Positions 37,795-45,392 of a stretch of 64,000 bases of DNA are shown piece by piece. The notes beneath the pieces were generated by a model. It was not told the DNA's origin. It made no database searches and worked only from the letters and a program-made list of their open reading frames with translations. Positions within the stretch are counted from its first letter, which is position 1, and every line of letters begins with the position of its first letter. The stretch covers positions 1,216,001 to 1,280,000 of the forward strand of contig OZ244720.1 of the NCBI GenBank assembly GCA_965219085.1, written 5' to 3'. The translations under genes and the position numbers were made by a program. Origin of the DNA: Dehalococcoidia bacterium (GTDB lineage Bacteria > Chloroflexota > Dehalococcoidia > UBA2979).

Positions 37795-40389
37795 TCAGGC
37801 CGACTGGAGCGCGCGCACCTGCACGGCCGCCGCGCCGTCGGCGGTACCGCCGAGCGGGAACAGCGCCATCACCGCGCCGCCGTCGTACCACGCCGGCGCG
37901 TAGACCGTGCCGGGCGCCACGCCGTCGTCGAGGCGCGCCCTGATGCGCACCTCGGCGTCGCCGGCGGCGAGCACGAGGTCGTCGCCCATGCGGATGCCGA
38001 GCGGCTCGGCGTCGCGCGGGTTGATCAGCGCGTCCTCCTCGCGGTGCAGCTTGTCGGCGTCCTCCGAGTGGATCGAGGAGGCCTCCCACGAGGTGTAGAG
38101 CGAGCGGCCGGTGATGAGCCGCAGCCCCGCCCCGCCTGAATCCATCGGCGCGGCTACCGGCTGGTACTGCGTGCGTGCCGCGGCCGGCATCTCCGGCAGC
38201 GCGCGCGTGCGCGAGGGCATCAGCCCCTCGTAGCGCGTGTAACCCTCGACGCGCTCGGCCGCCTCGGCCATCACGTCGGCGGCGCCGTCGTATGCGAAGT
38301 CGCCGCCGAGGGCGTTCGCGAGCGCGGCGATGATGGCCACCCCCTCGCGCTCGTCGCGCCGCGGCTCCGCGGCGGGGCGCTGGCGGGTGATGCGGCGGTC
38401 GCCGGAGGTGATGGTGCCGTTCCGGGCGAAGAAGGGCAGCTCGGCGAGCACGACGTTGGCGTGCTCCGCCGCCGTCGAGCGCAGCGAGTCGACCACGACC
38501 AGCGCGTCGACCGCCTCGAGGGCGGCGCGCACGTCGTCGGCGCCGGTCGAGCTGAGCAGCGGGTTGTCGTCGTGGATGAGCAGCGCGCGGATCGAGCCGT
38601 CGCGCGCGCCCTCGATGATCTCGTGGAACGAGAGGCCGCCGTCGCCGGGCTCGAGGCCCATGTCGGCGAGGCCGAGCGTGTTCGCGTCGGTCGGCAGGTA
38701 GTGCAGTCCCATCGCCGCGCGGTCGCCGAGGGCGGCGATGGCGAGGTTCGCGCTGGCGCGCGCCTGCCCGGCGGCGGGCTCGACGCTGAACGGGTCCGGC
38801 GCGAAGACGACCGCGAACGTCGGGCGCTCCTCGCTCGCGCCGTTGTCGTCGGACGGCGCCTCGGGCTTGCGGCCGGCGATGAGCTCGCGCGCCTGCGCCA
38901 GGCGGTCGGCGTCGACGCCCGCGGGGGCGGCGGTCTCGCCGGCGGACGCGTCGAGGGCGTGCGCGAGCTGCTGCACGGTGAGTGCCTCGTGGCCGGGGCT
39001 GGGCTGCAGCCAGACCTCGGCGAAGTCGACGAGCTCGCCCCAGCGCGAGGAGATGAGCACGAGCTTCGCGCCGCGCTTCACGACGGCGTCCTTCACGCGC
39101 AGCGAGATGACCTGGTGCGACTCCTCGATGTCCCCGCCCACGACCACGATCGTGTCGGCGTGCTCGATGTCGGCGTAGGTCGATGTCAGGCGGTCGGAGC
39201 CAAGCGCGTCGGCGAAGGCGCTCGCGACCGCGCGATGCACCGGCCCGCCGACGTGGTCGAGGTGCGGCGTGCCGATGACCTCGCGCGCGAGGCGGGTGAG
39301 CAGCGCGGCTTCCTCGTTCGTGGCGAGCGGGGAGCCGAGCACCGCGACGGCGTCCGCGCCGTGCTCCGCCCTGGCGGCAGACAGCGCGCTCGCGGCCTCG
39401 TCCATCGCCTCCTCGGGCGTGACGGGGAGCAGGCGGTCGCCGCGGCGGGCGAGCGAGCGGCTGAGCCGCTGGCCGTCGGTGACGGAGTCGTAGTGGAAGC
39501 GGCCGCGCACGCAGATCTGGTCGCGGCTGGTGGGGTTGAGGCGGTCGGGGCGCACGATCACCGGGCGGCCGTCGCGCGTGCCGTAGGAGATGGTGCAGCC
39601 GACGGAGCAGCCGTTGCACGCCGAGTTCGTCCACTCCTCGGCGAGGGCGACCCACTTGTTGGGCTTCTCCATCAGCGTCGCCGTCGGGCAGACGTCGATG
39701 CAGGCGCCGCAGAAGTCGCAGTTGGACTCGTGGATGGCGCCGCCGGTGCCGAAGGCGATCATCGTCGTCGGGCCCTTGCCCGAGAGGCTGATCGCGCCGG
39801 TGTGGCGCAGGTCGGCGCAGGCGCGCACGCAGCGCGTGCAGATGATGCACATCTGCGGGTCGAACTCAAGGAACGGGTTGGCGCGGTCGGGATCCGGCGG
39901 GGGCGCCTCGTAGTAGGAGCGGTCCTCGCCGACCCACGGCTCCTCGAACTCGCCCATGTCGATCAGCTCGGTCGAGGTCTGGAGTTCGCAGCGGTAGTTC
40001 TTGCTACACGTCAGGCAGCGATGCGTCACCACATCGTCGCGCAGGCAGATCTCGCCCGGCTGGCAGTGGACGCGACGGTGGCAGGTGAGGCAGCGGTCGG
40101 GGTGGTTCGCCATGATCAGCGACATCACCTGCTGGCGCGCGCGCTTGACCTCGGGCTTCTCGGTGTTGACGACCATGCCGTCGTTCGTGACCGCCGTGCA
40201 CGACAGCTGTAGCGGCCCGGGCCGACCGCCCTCGATCTCGACGATGCAGGTGCGGCAGCCGGCGTACGGCTCGAGGCCGTCGATGTAGCAGAGGTTCGTG
40301 ATGCGAACGCCCTGCTCCTTGATCACCTCGACGAGCGGACGGCCCGCCTCGACCTCGATCTCGGCGCCGTTGAGCGTGATGGTCGCCAC
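37795..40389 (-). CDS. NuoG-like / molybdopterin-oxidoreductase-fold Fe-S protein
   Basis: 2Fe-2S C..GCRTC..SC, H...C..C.....C, two CxxCxxCxxxC, CxxCxxxC..C; Fdh Mo-ligand Cys motif absent. Confidence 0.85.
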   Translation of the reverse strand: MATITLNGAEIEVEAGRPLVEVIKEQGVRITNLCYIDGLEPYAGCRTCIVEIEGGRPGPLQLSCTAVTNDGMVVNTEKPEVKRARQQVMSLIMANHPDRCLTCHRRVHCQPGEICLRDDVVTHRCLTCSKNYRCELQTSTELIDMGEFEEPWVGEDRSYYEAPPPDPDRANPFLEFDPQMCIICTRCVRACADLRHTGAISLSGKGPTTMIAFGTGGAIHESNCDFCGACIDVCPTATLMEKPNKWVALAEEWTNSACNGCSVGCTISYGTRDGRPVIVRPDRLNPTSRDQICVRGRFHYDSVTDGQRLSRSLARRGDRLLPVTPEEAMDEAASALSAARAEHGADAVAVLGSPLATNEEAALLTRLAREVIGTPHLDHVGGPVHRAVASAFADALGSDRLTSTYADIEHADTIVVVGGDIEESHQVISLRVKDAVVKRGAKLVLISSRWGELVDFAEVWLQPSPGHEALTVQQLAHALDASAGETAAPAGVDADRLAQARELIAGRKPEAPSDDNGASEERPTFAVVFAPDPFSVEPAAGQARASANLAIAALGDRAAMGLHYLPTDANTLGLADMGLEPGDGGLSFHEIIEGARDGSIRALLIHDDNPLLSSTGADDVRAALEAVDALVVVDSLRSTAAEHANVVLAELPFFARNGTITSGDRRITRQRPAAEPRRDEREGVAIIAALANALGGDFAYDGAADVMAEAAERVEGYTRYEGLMPSRTRALPEMPAAARTQYQPVAAPMDSGGAGLRLITGRSLYTSWEASSIHSEDADKLHREEDALINPRDAEPLGIRMGDDLVLAAGDAEVRIRARLDDGVAPGTVYAPAWYDGGAVMALFPLGGTADGAAAVQVRALQSA

Positions 40390-40410
40390 GGGGTGGAGCC
40401 TCTCCTGCCG

Positions 40411-40965
40411 CTAGCCGCGGTCGAGCTTGCCGGGCAGGTGTTGCGGGCCGAAGGCGCGGTCGCTGCCGGCGACGGCGAAGCGGCCGCGCGCGGTCGGCAT
40501 GGCCGTGCGGAGCGGGATCTCCAGCTGCTGCTGCCCGTTGGGGTAGACCCCTTCGGTGCGCTCGAGGTACGCCTTGGATTCGCGGGTCAGCGCGTCGCGG
40601 TCGCGGTACATGTCCTCGAAGACGTAGACGGCGTCGTCGTAGCGGCCGCCGGACTGGATGGCCTGGTAGGGGCAGGCCTCGGTGCAGAGGCCGCAGTACA
40701 TGCAGATGCGGAAGTCGATCTCGTAGCGGTCGACGTTGAGGGTGCCGTCCTCGCGCGGCGAGGTCTGGACGAGGATGCAGCCATCCGGGCAGGCCTGCGC
40801 GCAGGTGGAGCAGCCGGTGCAGCGCTCCTCGAACCACAGCAGGTTGGTGCGGGCGCGCACCGGGACATCCCGCTCCTCCTCCGGGTAGGAGACCGTAATG
40901 GGCGGGCGGAAGATGTGCTTGAAGGTGACGAGCATGCCCTTGGCGATGCCCATGCCGTAGGCCAC
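40411..40965 (-). CDS. nuoI: NADH-quinone oxidoreductase subunit I
   Basis: G...TFKHIFRPPITVSYPEE, CTGC..C...CP, YEID...CMYCGLC.EACP; GTG 40965. Confidence 0.9.
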   Translation of the reverse strand: MAYGMGIAKGMLVTFKHIFRPPITVSYPEEERDVPVRARTNLLWFEERCTGCSTCAQACPDGCILVQTSPREDGTLNVDRYEIDFRICMYCGLCTEACPYQAIQSGGRYDDAVYVFEDMYRDRDALTRESKAYLERTEGVYPNGQQQLEIPLRTAMPTARGRFAVAGSDRAFGPQHLPGKLDRG

Positions 40966-41181
40966 GGTGCCCCCTCGCCTGGTCGCGGCCGGGCAGCGCC
41001 CGGCGCTCGCGGCGCAGCATAGCGGACGGGTGGCGTGGGGGACAGCGGAGCGAGGCGGGCCGGGGGTGGATGACGCAGCGGCTGAGCCCATCCGCAGTGC
41101 CAAGAGGGCGTCAGGGCGAGTCTGCTCGTGGTTGACGCTGTCGGCCGGTGGCACAATAGTCTCACAGCCGAGGAGGGTGCG

Positions 41182-41337
41182 ATGGTCAAGGAACGCGAAC
41201 CGCTAGCAGCACCCCGCGAGGGCCACGACGAGGACTGGCGCGAGCGAATCGAACGTGCCAAGAGTGCGCGCGAGGATCGTAAGAAGGTGCGCGAAGGGAA
41301 GCCCGCGACGTTCCCAATGCGCCGTACCTCACGTTGA
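41182..41337 (+). CDS. 51-aa basic microprotein, copy B
   Basis: GAGGAGG RBS; W..RIE.AK.ARE...K.REGK shared with copy A. Confidence 0.8.
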   Translation: MVKEREPLAAPREGHDEDWRERIERAKSAREDRKKVREGKPATFPMRRTSR

Positions 41338-41598
41338 GCGAGAACGAGACCGCGGACGCAGGGCAGGTGGACCGCAGCCCACTCTACGAAGCCCAGAACG
41401 CCTCCCGCTATGAGCGCCAGCAGTTAATCCGAACCTATCAGCAAGTCAACGCGTGTCGGCTCGTCGTATTGATCGATGCACTGTTTCCGGAGAGCGTCAC
41501 GCTCTTCGAGGAGACGCTTTACGACGCGAACCGAGACGAGGATCTGCACATAATTCTCTCCACGCCCGGCGGAGACGGTGAGACAGCAATCCGCCTAG

Positions 41599-41749
41599 CA
41601 GGCTGCTGAAAAAGTCTTCCCGGGCGGTCTCGGCCCTGAATCGGCTGATTGCGGCTCACGCGAAACCCTTCGTTTTCAAGGGGTTCTTGTAGCTCCGCAG
41701 CGCTCCAAGCGCTCCGTTTCCGCGCCTTCAGGGGTTTTTCAGCACCCTG
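41599..41749. mobile_element. 151-bp MITE (IS5-like ends), CTAG target duplication
   Basis: TIR CAGGCTGCTGAAAAA / TTTTTCAGCACCCTG (14/15); CTAG at 41595-41598 and 43344-43347. Confidence 0.8.
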
Positions 41750-41837
41750 CTGAGGCTGTCGCACAAACCCCCGAGCGAGGTGGCATCGCGGTAGGATGAG
41801 CATGGCGGCGGGGGCGGAGTGATTCCGGGGTGCCGCC

Positions 41838-43220
41838 GTGACCCAGCGCTTCCTGCCGTGCGACCGTGACCAGCAATACCTGATGCCCGCCAGCCTGCGC
41901 GACTGGCTGCCCGAGGACCACCTCGCGTGGTTCGTGCTCGATGCGGTGAGCCAGCTCGACCTCAGCGCGTTCTACGCGCGCTACCGCGAGGACGGCTGGG
42001 GGCGGAAAGCGTACGAGCCGTCGATGATGGTCGCGCTGCTGCTCTATGCCTACTGCGAGGGCGAGCGCTCGAGCCGCCGGATCGAACGGCGTTGCCGCGA
42101 GGACATCGCCTTCCGCGTGCTGAGCGCGAACCAGCAGCCCGACCACGCCACGATCTGCCGCTTCCGCCGGCAGCACGAGGAGGCGCTCTCGGGCCTGTTC
42201 GCCGGGGTGCTCAGGCTCTGCGCCGAGGCGGGTCTGTTGCGGGTCGGCGTGGTCGCGCTCGACGGGACCAAGCTGCGCGCCAACGCCAGCCGTGAGCGCA
42301 ACCGCACGGATGCGGAGCTCGAGGCCGAGGTGCGGCGCATCCTCGCCGAGGCGGAGCGGGTCGACGCCGGGGAGAATGCGCGCTGCGGCGACGCGCGGGG
42401 CGACGAACTGCCCCCGCAGCTCAGGAACCGCGAGGAGCGCCTGCAGCGGCTGCGCGAGGCGCGGGAGCGGCTGGCGGCTCGTGAGCGGGAGCGGCAGGAG
42501 GACTACGAGGAACGCCTCAGGAGCCGCGCGCAGAAGGACCGGCGCGGGCGCCGCCCGCAGCCGCCGCAGCGCGACCCGGGCGCGAAGGTGAACGTCACTG
42601 ACCCGGACAGCCGCGTGGTGCGTGACTATCACGGCTACTTCCAGGGCTACAACGTGCAGGCGGTGACGACTCGCGACCAGATCATCGTCGCGGCCGAGCT
42701 GACACGTGCGGCGACGGACATGCACGAGCTGCAACCGATGATCGAGGCGGCGAACCGCAACCTGCAGACCCTGGGCCGAGCGCCGGCGCGCGTGCTGCTG
42801 GCCGATGCCGGCTACTACTCCGAGGCGAACGTGCGGCAGGCCGAAGGCAGGGGTCCGGAGTTGCTGCTCGCGACCCGCAGCGACCGCAACCGGCGTGGCG
42901 GCGCAGCGCCGCCGCGCGGGCGCATCCCTGCCGGGCTCTCCGTACGTGAACGGATGGACCGGAAACTGGCGACGCAGCGTGGCCGGCGTCTCTACGAGCA
43001 GCGGCGCTGGATGATCGAACCCGTCTTCGGCGACATCAAGGAGAACCGGGGCATCCGCCGGTTCATGCGGCGCGGGATCGCCGCGTGCGCCAGCGAATGG
43101 AAGCTGATCGCCGCCACCCACAACCTCAAGAAGCTCTATCGCCGGGCGCGCCCGTCACCCCGGCCGGCGAACAGCAACCCCCGACGAGGAGACCGGGCTA
43201 CCGCCGCCGCTGCCGCGTAG
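41838..43220 (+). CDS. IS1182-family transposase
   Basis: LP.DHLA.FV, SSR.IE..C..D..FR.L....PDH.TI.RFR, DGTK..ANAS, TDPDSR, DAGY, EPVFG.IK. Confidence 0.93.
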   Translation: MTQRFLPCDRDQQYLMPASLRDWLPEDHLAWFVLDAVSQLDLSAFYARYREDGWGRKAYEPSMMVALLLYAYCEGERSSRRIERRCREDIAFRVLSANQQPDHATICRFRRQHEEALSGLFAGVLRLCAEAGLLRVGVVALDGTKLRANASRERNRTDAELEAEVRRILAEAERVDAGENARCGDARGDELPPQLRNREERLQRLREARERLAARERERQEDYEERLRSRAQKDRRGRRPQPPQRDPGAKVNVTDPDSRVVRDYHGYFQGYNVQAVTTRDQIIVAAELTRAATDMHELQPMIEAANRNLQTLGRAPARVLLADAGYYSEANVRQAEGRGPELLLATRSDRNRRGGAAPPRGRIPAGLSVRERMDRKLATQRGRRLYEQRRWMIEPVFGDIKENRGIRRFMRRGIAACASEWKLIAATHNLKKLYRRARPSPRPANSNPRRGDRATAAAAA

Positions 43221-43252
43221 CGCGCCTGCCCCGCCAGACACGACCGCTCCGC

Positions 43253-43294
43253 GCCAACTGCCAACTGCCAACTGCCAACTGCCGACTGCCGACC
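43253..43294. repeat. Heptamer tandem repeat GCC(A/G)ACT x6 in IS1182 3' end
   Basis: 4x GCCAACT, GCCGACT, GCCGACC. Confidence 0.85.
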
Positions 43295-43930
43295 GGCTAC
43301 CCTTTTGGCACTCCACCCACGCGACTCCGTGCAACAGCCTCTGCTAGTACGCCAAGCACAGTCCCGTTGCAGGGAACTGACAGTCATTGTGCCCGACCAA
43401 GCAAAGAGCGCGGGGACACTGTTGGTGCTTGGGGCGCACAGAATCCTCATGGGGCCGACAAGTGATCTCGGCCCCGTCGATCCGCAATTCCCTAGCCCGA
43501 ATCCACCGATCGAAGCTTGACGGGGCGGGCTGCCGGGCTGGCGGAGAGTTCGGCGGGTGTGCCGTGGTGCGCCAGGCGGTGCCGGGGGCGGGCCGGAGCG
43601 AGGAGCCGGCGCTCAGCGCGGCTCGGGGGCGCTGAGAGCGCGGGCGCGAGGGTGCGCGAGGCGTGCGCGGGCATGCTGGCGCGAGCCTCGGACCCGGGCC
43701 GGCGCTGTGAGCGGGCGTCAGGCCGGGAGCGGAAGCGCCCGTAACCGCGCCAGGGCGGCTGCCCACTGCCCGGCCCAGGGCCAGCGCCTGGGGAGGTGCA
43801 GGGTCCAGCGCCGGGCAGAGATGGCATGAGGGCCGGCCTCCTCCTCAAGGGGGATACTCGCCCCCTGAAACAGCGGCCTCGATGGGCCAAGAGCGGCTCG
43901 GAAGAGCCTTGACGAGGTAGGAGACCGGCC

Positions 43931-45019
43931 ATGCAGCAGCATATCGCAACGACGCGGAGCATTGAAGGCAAGGATGGGCCCGCCATCACCGTCGGCCTCG
44001 ACGTGGGCGATCGTTACACGCACGTCCACGCCCTCGGCGCCGGCGGGGAGGTGATACGCGAGCGGCGCGTCCGCACCGCGGCTGCGGCGCTGGGCGCAGC
44101 GCTGACCGGCCTCTCCCCGGCGCGGGTCGTGCTCGAGGCGGGGCCGCGCTCGCCGTGGCTGAGCCGCGTCGTGGCGGACCTCGGCCATGAGGTGGTCGTC
44201 GCCAACCCTCGCCAGGTCGCGCTGATCGCCGGCAGCCAGCGCAAGACCGACCGGCTCGACGCCGCGTGGCTGGCGCGGCTGGGGCGCTTCGACCCGGAGT
44301 TGCTCGCCCCGATCCGCCACAGGAGCGAGCAGAGTCAGCACGACCTCGCCGTGGTGCGCGCCCGCGACGCGCTGGTGCGATCGAGGACGCTGCTCATCAA
44401 CCACGTGCGCGGGGCCGTCAAGGCCTGCGGCGCCGCGCTGCCGTCGTGCACGGCCGCGGCCTTTCACCGCAAGACGGCGGACCACATCCCCGACGGGCTG
44501 CGCCCGGCGCTGCTGCCGCTGGTGGAGGCGATTGGCGAGCTGACCGTGCGCACTGCGGCGGCCGGGCGGGAGGTCGAGGCGTTGTGCGAGGCCCACCCCG
44601 AGACCGCGGCGCTGCGCCAGGTCACCGGCGTGGGGCCGATCACCGCGCTCACGTTCGTGCTGACGATCGAGAACCCGGGGCGCTTCCCGCAGAACCGGGA
44701 GGTGGGGGCCTACCTCGGGCTCGTGCCGCGGCAGCGCGACTCAGGGGAGCGCGCGCCGCAGCTCGGCATCGGCAAGAGCGGCGACGCGGGCTTGCGGCGG
44801 CTGCTGGTGCAGGCCGCGCACTACATCCTCGGTCCCTTCGGACCCGATAGCGACCTGCGTCGCTGGGGTGAGCGCTACGCGGGAACAGGGGCGGGCAACG
44901 CGAAGAAGCGCGCGGTCGTGGCCGTCGCGAGGCGGTTGGCGGTGCTGCTGCTCGCGCTGTGGAAGAGCGGGGAGGTCTACGAGCCGCTGCGTCACGCCGT
45001 GGCCCGCGAGGCCGCGTAG
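43931..45019 (+). CDS. IS110-family recombinase (DEDD RuvC-like + Tnp20)
   Basis: VGLDV, VLEAG, KTDRLDA, GVGPITA, AYLGLVP...DSG, K.A.VAVAR.L. Confidence 0.95.
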   Translation: MQQHIATTRSIEGKDGPAITVGLDVGDRYTHVHALGAGGEVIRERRVRTAAAALGAALTGLSPARVVLEAGPRSPWLSRVVADLGHEVVVANPRQVALIAGSQRKTDRLDAAWLARLGRFDPELLAPIRHRSEQSQHDLAVVRARDALVRSRTLLINHVRGAVKACGAALPSCTAAAFHRKTADHIPDGLRPALLPLVEAIGELTVRTAAAGREVEALCEAHPETAALRQVTGVGPITALTFVLTIENPGRFPQNREVGAYLGLVPRQRDSGERAPQLGIGKSGDAGLRRLLVQAAHYILGPFGPDSDLRRWGERYAGTGAGNAKKRAVVAVARRLAVLLLALWKSGEVYEPLRHAVAREAA

Positions 45020-45285
45020 CCGGGAGGCGCCGCCTCAGCCGGCGGGGACCGGAGATCAGGAAGGAAGACCCGAGCGCGAACGAAGCCACGCACGTGATGC
45101 CGAGCACGGGCGACTGCGAGCACCCACTTGTCCCATCGAGGACGCGGCAGAGATAGCAGCGCCCCCTGGAAGCAGGATGTGCCTTCATGCACCGGGCTCG
45201 CTGTAGCCCACCGAGAGTGCGGATAGAAGCTTGGCACAGGCTCCGCGACCGGACATCACGAGCGGCTTGAATGGAGCGCCATACC
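45020..45285 (+). ncRNA. Putative bridge/seek RNA of the IS110 element (ends approximate)
   Basis: Two stem-internal-loop-stem units with loop sequences matching the target and the element end. Confidence 0.75.
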
Positions 45286-45392
45286 CGGAGAAGGCCGCCA
45301 CGTCGGCCTTGCGGAAAGACCGTCCCTCATAGAAGCGCCATACCCGGAGAAGGCCGCCACGTCGGCCTTGCGGAAAGACCGTCCCTCATAGA
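45275..45392. repeat. Perfect 59-bp tandem duplication of the IS110 right end
   Basis: 45275-45333 = 45334-45392. Confidence 0.92.

Larger units (their letters stand above)
41752..43341 (+). mobile_element. IS1182-family insertion sequence
   Basis: TIR GAGGCTGT(C/T)GCAC; TGCT duplication at 41748-41751 and 43342-43345. Confidence 0.9.

Noticed and set aside
37795-40389. Formate dehydrogenase alpha / selenoprotein
   Set aside because: Mo-ligand Cys/Sec motif absent; no in-frame TGA
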